The notes under the pieces were generated by a model. It worked only from the letters and a program-made list of their open reading frames with translations. It made no database searches and was not told the origin of the DNA. Shown here piece after piece: positions 1 through 9,299 of a stretch of DNA of 50,315 nucleotides (positions are counted from its first letter, which is position 1; the number at the start of each line of letters is the position of its first letter). This DNA comes from an uncultured bacterium (lineage in GTDB: Bacteria > Fidelibacterota > Marinisomatia > SCGC-AAA003-L08 > TS1B11). Location: assembly GCA_964595095.1 (NCBI GenBank), contig CAZQOY010000001.1, forward strand, positions 1-50,315. The letters are read 5' to 3'. Both the position numbers and the translations under genes were made by a program.

Positions 1-139
1 GGCTGGGCATGCCTACGAAGGGGCCGCTGGTCCCCTCGACAATCTTGAAGCCCTTTACTACCAGCCCCTCTTCGGTACGGAGGTCAAAGAAAGCCCGGAT
101 TTTACCCCACTGGCCCTTGTTGATGCGTTCGATATGCAT
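1..139 (-). CDS. SpoVG-family protein, N-terminal 46 codons (CDS continues beyond the window start)
   Basis: Not in the ORF track because it is open at the edge. Reverse-strand ATG at 139-137 with AGGAG 6 nt upstream (rc of 146-150). My translation MHIERINKGQWGKIRAFFDLRTEEGLVVKGFKIVEGTSGPFVGMPS follows the SpoVG N-terminal pattern (RA...VV...I..G..G.FV.MPS). Confidence 0.5.
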   Translation of the reverse strand, partial: MHIERINKGQWGKIRAFFDLRTEEGLVVKGFKIVEGTSGPFVGMPS

Positions 140-224
140 GAATTACTCCTGAAAATTGTAGGGGTGAAGGTAGGGGTGGGGAAAGGTGGCGGGCAAGGAG
201 AGAGGCGAGTTATTTGAGCATAAA

Positions 225-1172
225 TTAAAACGGCAGCCGCTCCAGATCCACATTCCCCCCGGAGAGGATGACCCCCACCCGCTTGCCGGTCACGTCCAGC
301 TCATCCCCCAGCACCGCCGCCACGGCCACCGCCGCCGAAGGCTCGATGATGATCTTCATCCGTTCCCATACGTGGCGCATGGCGCTGATAATGGCCTCCT
401 CGCTCACCGTGACGATCCGCTCCACCCGCTCCCTGATAATACCGAAGGTGAGCTGGCTCAGGGACATCAGCAGGCCGTCGGCGATGGTCCGGGGATCATC
501 CGACGGCACGACGCGGCCTTCCTTAAGCGAGCAGCAGGCATCATCGGCATTGGCCGGCTCGGCACCGATAATCCTGGTAGTCGGCGAAAGCTCGGAAACG
601 GCCACGGCTGTCCCGCTGAGCAGGCCGCCACCGCCTACAGGCGCAATGACTATATCCAGGTCCGGCACCTCCTCCACCAGCTCCGCCGCCGCCGTCCCCT
701 GCCCGGCGACGATGCGCGGGTCGTTATAAGAGGGGATGTATATGGCCCCCGCCTGCTCCATTACCGATTCCAGGGTGGACCGCCGTGACTCCTGGGTGGG
801 TTCGCTGAAGGTGATGATCCCGCCGTATCCCGCTACGGCCGCTTTTTTCGCCTCGGGTGCCGTGTGCGGCATGACGATATGGGCCGGGATGCCCCGCAGA
901 TTGGCCGCCAGCGCCAGGGCGGCGGCGTGATTGCCCGAGGAATGGGTGGCCACACCTTTTGCAGCCTCCTCTTCAGGCATGGAAAGCACCGCGTTGCAGG
1001 CCCCGCGGAACTTGAAGGCCCCGACTTTCTGAAAATTTTCGCACTTGAAGAAGAGACGGCCCCCGGTCATGTTATCCAGACCGGCGCAGGTGAGGACCGG
1101 CGTCCAGTGAGCATACGGACGGATACGCTCCGCTGCGGCTCTGATATGCTTAAGAGTAACAGGAAGGGTCAT
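225..1172 (-). CDS. PLP-dependent threonine/serine dehydratase family enzyme (serine racemase / hydroxyaspartate ammonia-lyase-like)
   Basis: ORF 225..1184. PLP-lysine motif FFKCENFQKVGAFKFRGA and glycine loop APVGGGGLLSG. I prefer the ATG at 1172 (MTLPVTLKHI...), which has GGGAG 5 nt upstream. Confidence 0.85.
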   Translation of the reverse strand: MTLPVTLKHIRAAAERIRPYAHWTPVLTCAGLDNMTGGRLFFKCENFQKVGAFKFRGACNAVLSMPEEEAAKGVATHSSGNHAAALALAANLRGIPAHIVMPHTAPEAKKAAVAGYGGIITFSEPTQESRRSTLESVMEQAGAIYIPSYNDPRIVAGQGTAAAELVEEVPDLDIVIAPVGGGGLLSGTAVAVSELSPTTRIIGAEPANADDACCSLKEGRVVPSDDPRTIADGLLMSLSQLTFGIIRERVERIVTVSEEAIISAMRHVWERMKIIIEPSAAVAVAAVLGDELDVTGKRVGVILSGGNVDLERLPF

Positions 1173-1340
1173 GAATACTCCCAATTTCAGTCAACAACAT
1201 GAAAAACTTACGGTCTCGTATAGTTCCGGTCTATACTTCGGGCATACTTTAAATAACGAGGAAACTGTACTTTGGCTTGCTTTTTGCAAGGACTCATATG
1301 TGCAAGCACAGTATGAGACTTTTTGCAAGGGAGAACTTTA

Positions 1341-1934
1341 ATGAGTGTTGCATCTTTTATTCAAGAACAGACCCAGAATCTACTGGCAGCCGTCCATTCC
1401 GCCGGGACTGATGACCTGGTTGTATCAGGGAGCTCTGCCCCGGGAGCTGGAGCAGACAGCCACCGGCCATGGGGCAGCGGGCTTTTCAGCCTGCCCAGTA
1501 TCCGGGCCTGGGTGCAGGACCGCATGATCCTCCTGCAGGAAACAATTACTACCCTCCTGCGCCATCTCCCCGCCAAAGCCGAGGGAGAACTTACGCTGGC
1601 AGTAGGGCCTGACGGAAATATAACGGCCGTAGGCGATCATCCTTACAGACATGCCCTGCTGGATTACTTCAACAGCTGCCTGGAGCTGCTTGATGACTTC
1701 GCCAGACTGGCTGCTACCGCCGGCTTCCTCCGCGGGGCCGACGATTCTCTTGAATTTCAGAAAGCTTACCGCAAGAATCCCGAGACGGCCATTATCCAAT
1801 ACCAACATTTGCTTCGAAAATATTCCTTTGGTCTATGCATCCTGGGCGGGTTTATCACTCCAACCTATTACGAACCCGTGGCGCTCCAGGCAACACCGGT
1901 TCCCTCAGGAATAGATCGACCGACTTTGCCCTGA
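1341..1934 (+). CDS. hypothetical protein
   Basis: ORF 1323..1934. Internal ATG at 1341 is preceded by GGGAG. No recognisable motif. Coding status rests on length and the lack of a better competing frame. Confidence 0.4.
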   Translation: MSVASFIQEQTQNLLAAVHSAGTDDLVVSGSSAPGAGADSHRPWGSGLFSLPSIRAWVQDRMILLQETITTLLRHLPAKAEGELTLAVGPDGNITAVGDHPYRHALLDYFNSCLELLDDFARLAATAGFLRGADDSLEFQKAYRKNPETAIIQYQHLLRKYSFGLCILGGFITPTYYEPVALQATPVPSGIDRPTLP

Positions 1935-1995
1935 ACCTCCAGCCTTAATCACCGGAATAGGTTAGAACGCAAGGCCAGGATTACCATGCCAGATT

Positions 1996-3459
1996 TTACT
2001 GCCTGTCCACCGAATCCAGGTAATTATCCAGGGGATCGGTTGACGAGGTATTCCTGACCCTGATCCACTCGATCACCGGGTCGCGCCAGTTGACGCTGGT
2101 ATAGTAGGGGTCGGGATCGTAGTCTTGCAGAGTGTTTGAACTGGAATACATGTAATCGTTGACCAGCACTACGTAGGAGGAATCAGCCGCTATGGGCGTG
2201 CCGTCGGTGCGGGTGTAGTCGCCGATAGTGGTCATCCCGCCTACTACCGGCTGGGCGGCCTCGATGTAGTTGATCAGCTGCGCACCGGTGAGGTCCAATT
2301 CCACGATGACGTTTTCAAAGGGAAGAACTCCCACGATTGTACCCAGGGTAACGTTGCCGGCAGGTATGTCCTGCCGGAAGCCGCCGCGGTTGGTGGCGGA
2401 GATATCGGCCAGGGGGAAGGCCGCCAGCCAGGCGTCGGTAACCATATTGTGCATTGCCGGTGAATATTGGCTGATGGTTGCTTCAGCGCAGCCGATTACC
2501 TCGGAGAGGGCCGTATCGGCCCGGGTCCGCCAGTAGGCCACCACCGTATGCACCGCCGGATCGGGCGTCCCTCCCGAATTATCCTGAATGCTGGGCATTA
2601 GAGAGACCACCGCGTCAGCCTCAATGTCGAAGGTCAGCTCTACTTTTGCATAAGTACGCAACCTGGAGCCGCTCTCGATAAGCGCCATGCCCTCCAACGT
2701 ATCGCTAACCCACTCATGACAGTGGCCGCCGCTGATGACAGAGATGCCCAATTCCGCAGCGGTGGGGACCAGGGCCCGCATTTCGTCGTAGCAGATATGT
2801 CCGAGGACTACGAGTAATTCCGCGCCCTCCGCCTTAACCTGTGGCACCACCTCTTCCAGGGCCTCCTCGTAGGGGATGAAATCGTAGTCCATGACATAGT
2901 CCGGAAAGGCGCTGGTGGGTGTGGTAGTGGTAGTCAATCCGATCAGCCCCACCTGCACACCGTTCACCTCCTGGACGGTATAGGGAGCGGCGAAATCGGG
3001 GATGTCGCCGGTAGTCTTCTCGCGAATATTTGCCGATAGGAACGGGAAATCCGATTGTTTAAGTCGTGTCTGGAGCTCATCCACACTGAAATCGAATTCG
3101 TGGTTACCGATCGCGGCGGCATCGTACTCCATGGCGTTCATCACTTCGGCCATGGACTCGCCCTGAAACCAGGTGGAGATGGCCGGGCCGGTCCACAGGT
3201 CACCACCACTGAGGATAAGGAAGGGACCGTCTGCCGTGTAGCCTTCCGTCTCTCGCCACAATCCCATCATTTCCGCGGCACCGCCGATGCCGGCAGTTGT
3301 GTCTACCGGCTCCATCCAGCCGTGCTCGTCATTGGTGTATAGAATGACCACCTGGCGGTAGGGGTCGCCGCGGTAACAAGCCGTAAAATACAGCCCGGTC
3401 AGGAGGGCAAGAGCAACAGTCCCGAAGGTGCGGCGGCAGCTTTTCCGGATCCGGCTCAA
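1996..3459 (-). CDS. 5'-nucleotidase / UshA-like calcineurin-type metallophosphoesterase, probable lipoprotein
   Basis: Motifs NDEHGW, GGDLWTG, GNHEFD and GGHCHE, plus a 5'-nucleotidase C-terminal-like half. The track ORF extends to 3615 but would overlap the upstream CDS. TTG at 3459 gives (M)SRIRKSCRRTFGTVALALLTGLYFTAC, a lipoprotein-like signal. Start uncertain. Confidence 0.8.
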   Translation of the reverse strand: MSRIRKSCRRTFGTVALALLTGLYFTACYRGDPYRQVVILYTNDEHGWMEPVDTTAGIGGAAEMMGLWRETEGYTADGPFLILSGGDLWTGPAISTWFQGESMAEVMNAMEYDAAAIGNHEFDFSVDELQTRLKQSDFPFLSANIREKTTGDIPDFAAPYTVQEVNGVQVGLIGLTTTTTPTSAFPDYVMDYDFIPYEEALEEVVPQVKAEGAELLVVLGHICYDEMRALVPTAAELGISVISGGHCHEWVSDTLEGMALIESGSRLRTYAKVELTFDIEADAVVSLMPSIQDNSGGTPDPAVHTVVAYWRTRADTALSEVIGCAEATISQYSPAMHNMVTDAWLAAFPLADISATNRGGFRQDIPAGNVTLGTIVGVLPFENVIVELDLTGAQLINYIEAAQPVVGGMTTIGDYTRTDGTPIAADSSYVVLVNDYMYSSSNTLQDYDPDPYYTSVNWRDPVIEWIRVRNTSSTDPLDNYLDSVDRQ

Positions 3460-3479
3460 TATCCCCGATGCATCCTTTA

Positions 3480-4619
3480 TCAGGACCCCTGTTGAATGGA
3501 TACCTCCACCCCCATCTTCTTTATGTCCTTGAGCATCCACGCCGGCTCCATGACGTGGGCCATGAAGTACAGGCCGGGCTGTGCAGCCGTCCCATCCAGG
3601 TACTGCACAATGCAAGCTACGGTGGGGGCGGCCGTGAGCAGGTAGCCGTCTTCGTGGGCGATGCGTACTTTCAGGGCTTTGGCCTGCCCCTCATCCTGAC
3701 CGCTGGCCTCCAGCTGCAGCACTATGCCGTAGGGCGGCCTGGAAAAGGTCTCCATACCCCAGAAAATGAGGCGCCCGACGGGCCGCAACGCCCTCCTGGG
3801 CCACAGGCGCAGGGCCAGCATACCCACGGGGAAGAGCACCCAGTCAACGAACCAGTTAAAGCCCGTGATGTAAAATCCGGTCTCCCGCAGGGAGGGAATC
3901 ATTTCCGGCAGGGCGCGCAGCTCCTCCAGCAGCATGGGCACGGCATAGGGGCGGCCGAAGGGCTCACCGTAGTCCATTCTGAGAAAGTCCCTGGTGCGCC
4001 ACATTTTGGCCTTGCGCCACTGACCATCCCGGTAAAGCAACGACTGGTAGTCCAGCATTTCGGACATAAACTCCTCGGCGGTCTCATCACCGACAGCAAA
4101 GGCTTCCCAATCGACCCTGAGGGCGCAACCCACCACGGCCCGCTCCAGCTGACCAACATTGTCTGCGGCATACCGCACCAGGGCCGCCGGCAGACCGGGA
4201 TGAAAGCCTCCGTCGGTGATGAAGCAGCGGCCTGATCCTTCGATCTTGCCCGCCAGCGCCTGCAGGGCCTTCACCTTGGCCGTGGAATACTGGATGTCCA
4301 GGTAGTCCACCTCCGCCGCCAGGGCTGCCGAGGCTACCTCCCCGGCATACTTGGCCGTGCTGGAGGCCACCACCAGCAGGTCCACGCCCACCAGGGCCCG
4401 TTTCAGATCGTCCTCGCTGGAAGCGTCGACCTGGATACCGGAAACCCGGAAGCCCTCGAACTGACCGTTGAGCTGAGCGGCGGCTTCCACAGCTTTAGAC
4501 TGACTCCGGCCGGCTAATATCAGACGGGCGTCTGTATATTCGAGGCAGAGCTTAGCGATGGCCAGACCGGCGTTGCCGTAGCCGCCCAGGATCAGGATGG
4601 ATTTTTCAGGCATGGTCAT
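3480..4619 (-). CDS. saccharopine dehydrogenase-like NAD(P)-binding oxidoreductase
   Basis: N-terminal Rossmann motif ILILGGYGNAGLAIAKL..ILAGRS. Size and layout are typical of the Sacchrp_dh_NADP family. GGAGG upstream of the start. Confidence 0.7.
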   Translation of the reverse strand: MTMPEKSILILGGYGNAGLAIAKLCLEYTDARLILAGRSQSKAVEAAAQLNGQFEGFRVSGIQVDASSEDDLKRALVGVDLLVVASSTAKYAGEVASAALAAEVDYLDIQYSTAKVKALQALAGKIEGSGRCFITDGGFHPGLPAALVRYAADNVGQLERAVVGCALRVDWEAFAVGDETAEEFMSEMLDYQSLLYRDGQWRKAKMWRTRDFLRMDYGEPFGRPYAVPMLLEELRALPEMIPSLRETGFYITGFNWFVDWVLFPVGMLALRLWPRRALRPVGRLIFWGMETFSRPPYGIVLQLEASGQDEGQAKALKVRIAHEDGYLLTAAPTVACIVQYLDGTAAQPGLYFMAHVMEPAWMLKDIKKMGVEVSIQQGS

Positions 4620-4646
4620 AGACCTCCGTTTGCAGTCCCGCGGAAA

Positions 4647-4853
4647 CTACGAAACAGCTATCTCCAGGACTTTATCCTTATCCGATGTCTCATAGTCCTT
4701 GGTATCTACTGACAGGCAGGCCTCGATTGCTTCGTGGATATTAGACATGAGTTCATCAATGGTTTCTCCTTGGGTAACACACCCGGTTATAGCGGGTACT
4801 TCGGCCCAATAGCCGCTTTCCTCTGCCTCATGGACGATCACTTTAAGTTTCAT
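4647..4853 (-). CDS. hicB: HicB-like (UPF0150) antitoxin-family protein
   Basis: 68 aa. MKLKVIVHEAEESGYWAEVPAITGCVTQGETIDELMSNIHEAIEACL matches the HicB N-terminal domain pattern. RBS AGGAGGG upstream. Confidence 0.65.
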   Translation of the reverse strand: MKLKVIVHEAEESGYWAEVPAITGCVTQGETIDELMSNIHEAIEACLSVDTKDYETSDKDKVLEIAVS

Positions 4854-5177
4854 TATCTTCCCTCCTGTGAAAAATCATCACAATGAACTCGCTATGAGAA
4901 CATCAATTTCAGGTTTGAGCGTTTCCATGCAGAGATTTCTCCCAGGGTCAAGTCCTAAATTAACAGGAGTTCCCCCGAAATATCCGATAAAACGGGGTCG
5001 CACCGGGGCCTGTTGGGGCACCCCATAAAAGGGGAAGCAAGGACCGGCGCAAAATTGAACAAAATCCATACAGAATTCGTTTTTTTCAAGGCTTCCCACG
5101 ACGAGAGCACTGTTGGGGTGGTGTACAGTTTGCCACTCAACATCCAGCGGAGCGATAGCGGCAACGGAGCGATATGG

Positions 5178-5250
5178 GGCATCATTATCATAGCGCCCGA
5201 ATATACGCCGCCGGCGGCGGCTTGTCGTTCGCGTGGTGCGCGGGGTTCGC
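5178..5250 (-). repeat. dispersed ~70-nt intergenic repeat, copy 1 (partner at 7732-7805)
   Basis: Read on the minus strand: ..ACCCCGCGCACC..GACAA..CCGG..GCGTATATTCGGGCGCTATGATAATGA. It shares an exact 12-mer and collinear blocks with 7732-7805 (+). About 70% identity by eye. Confidence 0.4.
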
Positions 5251-5254
5251 GGAA

Positions 5255-5303
5255 CTTGGGACTTGGGACTTGAGGCTTGAGTCTTGAGACTTGAGGCTTG
5301 GGG
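5255..5303. repeat. tandem heptanucleotide repeat, 7 x CTTGRGN
   Basis: Plus strand reads cttggga cttggga cttgagg cttgagt cttgaga cttgagg cttgggg, followed by GCAG-rich 6-7-nt stutter (5310-5337). Confidence 0.85.
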
Positions 5304-5336
5304 CTGATATAGCGGCAGTAGCAGCGGCAGTTGGCA

Positions 5337-5398
5337 GGAAAAGAGAAAAGAAGACAAACCGCAAAGGACGCCAAGGGGAGTAGTGATTAGTTTGCGGT
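5337..5398 (-). terminator. possible intrinsic terminator after the lipoprotein gene
   Basis: On the minus strand ACCGCAAA (5398-5391) pairs with TTTGCGGT (5365-5358), followed by the T-rich TTGTCTTCTTTTCTCTTTTCC. The loop is long (25 nt), so this is weak. Confidence 0.35.
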
Positions 5399-5424
5399 GA
5401 ATCTCAATATTCAAAGGGAAAGCA

Positions 5425-6573
5425 TTATTCCACTCCCGCTATGCGCCTTACTGCTTCGGCCAGTCCCTCCGTCAGTAAAAGGTTGATTGAGCCTTCAATA
5501 TCGTAGGAAGTGGTTTTCAAGATCCGACCGGTAGCCACGTCGATAATCCGCATGTCAATGGTATAGGCGGTACCGAGTTTCCCGAACGACCCCGCCAGCA
5601 TTTGCCCGGCGCCGATCAGTTGCCCGATCTCCACCGCGCACTCATTGGAAGTACACCCCGTCATCTGGAAATTCTGCTCCGTAAGGATTTGCTCCATCTG
5701 TCCCCGTTCGATGACCTGGTAGCGCCCCAATTGCACCATGTGGGTCCCCAGGCGGTTGGTCAGCACACGGGCCTCCTCGGCTGAGACGCCGATACCCTCG
5801 AAGTCGAGGATGGCGAGGGTGAGCAGACTGCTAATATCACCGGGCGGGGGCGGGGTCGATACCGGCTCAACATATGCTTCAGTAATCACTGGTGGTGCTG
5901 GACGATGAGCATCAAGCACCGTTGCCGGGACGGTGACGGTCGTGCTCTGGGACGTGTCTTCCTGCAGGGCGAAATGGATGGACAGCGGCTGGCCGGGGTC
6001 GGCCATATCCACCAGGGTCGAAACGTCCACGACCAGCCTGCCATCATCATCAGTCTGAATGGCCAAGGAAGAGGAACCGGCCGAGGCGACGATAGCCATG
6101 TTACCCGCCGGCAGGATCCTGGCGGGCAGGGTGCGGCTCTCCTGCTTCCATTCCTCGCCCCCCTCTGGCAGACCGGCGGTGATGATCTCGCCGGTAATCG
6201 GAACCAGCCCGCCGCTACCCATCGCCAGCAAGCCCAGCTGCACCAGACCGGTCTGGTCATACAAATAATAGCCGCCAGTCGCAATAGCCGCGCCCTCCAG
6301 CCAAAGGGCCGCCCGCGCACCGGGTTTGAGTGTGCGTTTCTCGATGTGACGGCGCTGGAAGGTCTCTTCCCTGGTCACCTGGCGTAGAACCGTAACCTCC
6401 AGATTTTGATTGCGGGTGCCGGCCCTTCGAGGCTCCTGAAACTGGATGGTGGCCGACTTCTCGGCAGTGACAGAGTCTCGGACGGTATCCGTGGGCTTAA
6501 GTGTGGTTGTGGTTAAGGAGGCGCAGGCGGAGAGGAGGATGGCGAGGCAGATTAAACGGCGGCTATATCGCAT
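5425..6573 (-). CDS. lipoprotein with C-terminal CsgG/LpoB-like (TolB-N-like) domain
   Basis: The ATG at 6573 gives MRYSRRLICLAILLSAC (lipobox). The C-terminal LAILDFEGIGVS..EARVLTNRL...GRYQVIERGQMEQILTEQ...AVEIGQLIGAGQMLAGSFGKLG..YTIDMRIIDVATGRI is the pattern of CsgG/LpoB-type lipoprotein domains. Confidence 0.6.
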   Translation of the reverse strand: MRYSRRLICLAILLSACASLTTTTLKPTDTVRDSVTAEKSATIQFQEPRRAGTRNQNLEVTVLRQVTREETFQRRHIEKRTLKPGARAALWLEGAAIATGGYYLYDQTGLVQLGLLAMGSGGLVPITGEIITAGLPEGGEEWKQESRTLPARILPAGNMAIVASAGSSSLAIQTDDDGRLVVDVSTLVDMADPGQPLSIHFALQEDTSQSTTVTVPATVLDAHRPAPPVITEAYVEPVSTPPPPGDISSLLTLAILDFEGIGVSAEEARVLTNRLGTHMVQLGRYQVIERGQMEQILTEQNFQMTGCTSNECAVEIGQLIGAGQMLAGSFGKLGTAYTIDMRIIDVATGRILKTTSYDIEGSINLLLTEGLAEAVRRIAGVE

Positions 6574-6766
6574 TGTTTTGATCCCGCTTCTGCGAGGCGG
6601 TAAACCACCTCGCTTAGTCAAAGAAACCCCGCTGAAGCGGGCTGTCTGATGACGACAGGCGGCTTTAGCCGTCTTTTTTTGATTTAGCGAACTCATTTAT
6701 GGGTTCGCGGATGGCTTCGCATTAATGGGTTCTTCCCCCCCCCTCACGGCAACCCCTTCGACAGGC

Positions 6767-7528
6767 TCACGGCAGCCCCGACACATCAAAAATCAGCAGG
6801 CCGCTGTAGTACCCACCCGCCACATAGGCGTAGCTGCCAGAGACGAACACGCCATTGGCATAGCCCGGCGTATTGTAGCTGCCGGCCGGGGTGGGGCTGG
6901 CGGGGTTGGAAACGTTGATGACCTGCAGGCCGCTATTTTTATCCGCCACGTAGGCGTAGCTGCCGGAGACGAAGACGCCCTGGGCCCAACCCGGCGTGTC
7001 GTAAGTGCCCGCCAGGGTGGGGCTGGCCGCGTTGGAGACGTTGATGACCTGCAGGCCGTTGTAGTACCCATCCGCCACGTAGGCGTAGTTGCCGGAGACG
7101 AAGACGTCCCAGGCATAGCCCGGCGTATCGTAAGAGCTGGCCAAAATCGGCGCCCAAATGGTCAGGTACCGGGACTTTTCGGCATGGTTCCCCGCCTGAT
7201 CGTAGGCGATAGCCTTGAAAGTCTTCGTTCCGGCGCTTTGGCCGGAAATATCAAGGTCGGCCTTGTAGGGAGCTTTCGTGAACTCATGAATCGAGACGTT
7301 GTCCAGGAATAGTTCGACCTTGGCAACACTCCGGTTGTCGGTAGCATCTATATCACAGGAAAGCGTGCCGACACAGGAAGCATCTTCCCTGGGAGAAACG
7401 ATCTCGATCTCCGGCGGGAAGATATCGAAGAAGTCGCAGCGATATAGGGCGAGGGTCGCCAAGAACAGAAGTGGGAGTCTCCTGAAAGCCCTGGAGGGGA
7501 AAGCCGGTCTGTAGTGAGTTACCCCCAT
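6767..7528 (-). CDS. LVIVD-repeat protein with N-terminal Ig-like domain
   Basis: Three ~41-aa repeats of the form G.YDTPG.A.GVFVSG.YAYVAD...GLQVINVSN...P (LVIVD repeat signature). Confidence 0.75.
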   Translation of the reverse strand: MGVTHYRPAFPSRAFRRLPLLFLATLALYRCDFFDIFPPEIEIVSPREDASCVGTLSCDIDATDNRSVAKVELFLDNVSIHEFTKAPYKADLDISGQSAGTKTFKAIAYDQAGNHAEKSRYLTIWAPILASSYDTPGYAWDVFVSGNYAYVADGYYNGLQVINVSNAASPTLAGTYDTPGWAQGVFVSGSYAYVADKNSGLQVINVSNPASPTPAGSYNTPGYANGVFVSGSYAYVAGGYYSGLLIFDVSGLP

Positions 7529-7731
7529 CGTGTGCGGTCCTTACGTAAGGTTATACAGTAGTTGGGTTGCCTGGTGTGTAAAATTAGGACGACATCCCCG
7601 TTTGAGCAAGTGTTCCAGCGCCCTTGCTACCTCTCCCCTATCCCGCCCTGATGGTCGGGATTCCCCTCCCTCAGCGAGGGAGGGGCCTTCACGCTTGTCC
7701 CGCCAACGGCGGGGGAGTGAGCGGGGTGGGT

Positions 7732-7805
7732 GGCGCACCCCGCGCACCCGGCGCAAGACAACAGGCTCCCCGGAGCGTATCTTCGGTCGGTATGGAATTG
7801 ACAGC
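7732..7805 (+). repeat. dispersed ~70-nt intergenic repeat, copy 2 (partner at 5178-5250)
   Basis: ACCCCGCGCACC..GACAA..CCGGAGCGTATCTTCGGTCGGTATGGAATTGA is collinear with the minus-strand reading of 5178-5250. Confidence 0.4.
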
Positions 7806-7960
7806 TCATAACGCCTTTATCCCTCCTGGTTCAGCCGGGCCGGCCGTGAGCCCCCCCTACCCCTGCCCCGGTGCCGCGCTCTACGTCGGGGACCATGGTA
7901 CTATCGTGGTACCGGCGTGACCCTGCCGGGGATGGCGAGGCGGGGGGCGAGGTCGTCTCA

Positions 7961-8953
7961 TCAGTCGCCCAGGGGGATGCCGTGGAGTTCTTTGCCTATC
8001 CGGCCGTCAAAATCGCGTGTGGTCTTAAACGGTTCGTACTCGCCTTCGGAAGCGGCTTCCTTCGTCTTCGCAAGCAGGACTTTTTGCTCTTCGTCAGACA
8101 TGGGTTTGAAGTTCCTGGCCAACGCCACGTTGGTCTCCAGAATATCCATGTCCCTCATGCCGGAGACCAGGGTGTCAATGGGCAGGTTCAGGACATAGTT
8201 GATCGCCTCTGCCGGCTGGACCACATTCGCGCGTTGAATAAACCCGCAGGCAAGACTCTTCATGGCAATCACGCCGATATTGCGCTCAAGGAGTATGGGC
8301 AGGATATTCTTCTGGAAGCTTTTGAAATGCGCATCCATGACGTTAAGGGGCATTTGAACCGCATCCCACTCGTAATCTCGATCCAGCATGTCCTTTAGAT
8401 AGGCGGGGTTCTTGTGGCCGGTGAAACCGATGAACCGAACCTTGCCGGCCTGCTTGGCCTCTTTGGCCGCTTCAATGCCTCCCAGGGTAAAGATCATCTC
8501 CGGGTCCCGGGGATATACGACCTCGTGGAACTGCCAGAGGTCGATGACGTCGGTCTGCAGACGCCGCAGGCTGTCGTCCAGATGCTTCAGCGCCGTCTGT
8601 TTATCACGGCCATGGTGCTTGGTCATGACGAATACCTTATTCCGATATCCGTCGCGCAGGGCCCGTCCCAAGATTTCCTCCGCCCTGCCCCGGCGGTACT
8701 CCCAGGCGTTGTCCATAAAGGTGATCCCCATGTCGATCGCTCTGCGGATAAACCGGATAGCTTCCGTATCATCCCTGATCCCAGCCGCGTCATTGCCGCC
8801 CAGCCCCAGTATGGACACTTCCGCGCCGGTTCTACCGAGAGTACGTTTGGGGATGCCCTCCGCCGCAATCGTCCTGCCCAGGGGCAGGAAAGTAGCCGCA
8901 CAGACACCTGAAACGGCCTGCCTGATGAATTCACGCCGGGTTGTAGGTCTCAT
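7961..8953 (-). CDS. aldo/keto reductase with twin-arginine signal
   Basis: N-terminus MRPTTRREFIRQAVSGVCAATFLP is Tat-like. AKR-type body (LGLGG.., DNAWEY, ..HEVV). AGGAGA RBS. Confidence 0.85.
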   Translation of the reverse strand: MRPTTRREFIRQAVSGVCAATFLPLGRTIAAEGIPKRTLGRTGAEVSILGLGGNDAAGIRDDTEAIRFIRRAIDMGITFMDNAWEYRRGRAEEILGRALRDGYRNKVFVMTKHHGRDKQTALKHLDDSLRRLQTDVIDLWQFHEVVYPRDPEMIFTLGGIEAAKEAKQAGKVRFIGFTGHKNPAYLKDMLDRDYEWDAVQMPLNVMDAHFKSFQKNILPILLERNIGVIAMKSLACGFIQRANVVQPAEAINYVLNLPIDTLVSGMRDMDILETNVALARNFKPMSDEEQKVLLAKTKEAASEGEYEPFKTTRDFDGRIGKELHGIPLGD

Positions 8954-9299
8954 GATTATTCTCCTTTTCGGTCTATACGCTCGTGGGATAATCGTAACAT
9001 TTTCTTACATAAGCAAGCATTTATCACACTGCCGGCCACCTGAGGGAGCGACGTGTGAGCAACCCGGAGATTCTGCTTTCCCATATCGGATTCAATCAGA
9101 TAAATTCACCAGACCATGTTCGTTCCGATAGCCCTGGAATCATCAGTCCCACCCTATATAGCGGGTAGCTCACACCTTATAGGCAGCCCTCGCGCCTATC
9201 GGGGGATCCTTGTGAAAGCACGCCGCCCTCATCCCGGGGGCTGGACGGACGATGTGGAATACTGCTTCAATCCCGACGCAAGTTAACAGGAGTAACGCC

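Noticed and set aside
186-788. Long alternate-frame or antisense ORFs overlapping well-supported genes. Examples: 186..788, 3468..4235, 13249..14085, 14527..15978, 20565..21179, 31152..32627, 37214..38290, 41873..43333.
   Set aside because: They are typical shadow ORFs of high-GC DNA, with Arg/Gly/Pro/Ala-rich translations and no motifs. Each overlaps a CDS with strong family signatures on the other strand or in another frame.
1229-1240. The shared motif CGGTCTATAC upstream of two minus-strand genes (1229-1240 and 8963-8974), as a possible regulatory box.
   Set aside because: It is only about 10-12 nt, with two occurrences and different distances to the start codons. That is too little to distinguish from chance.
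3460-3615. An N-terminal extension of the 5'-nucleotidase ORF up to the ATG at 3615.
   Set aside because: It would overlap the end of the upstream saccharopine-dehydrogenase-like CDS by about 135 nt and would add a non-signal-like sequence in front of a good lipoprotein signal. The TTG at 3459 is preferred.
4878-5414. A 178-aa ORF, considered as a possible HicA toxin or other gene upstream of hicB.
   Set aside because: The translation is low-complexity (SSLKTQASSPKSQVPRTPRTTRTT) because it reads through the heptamer tract and the repeat copy. There is no HicA core motif. Only a faint resemblance near the C-terminus remains, which is noted in the findings.
6790-7140. A ~123-nt tandem DNA periodicity.
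   Set aside because: It is fully explained by the three LVIVD protein repeats of the CDS 6767..7528.
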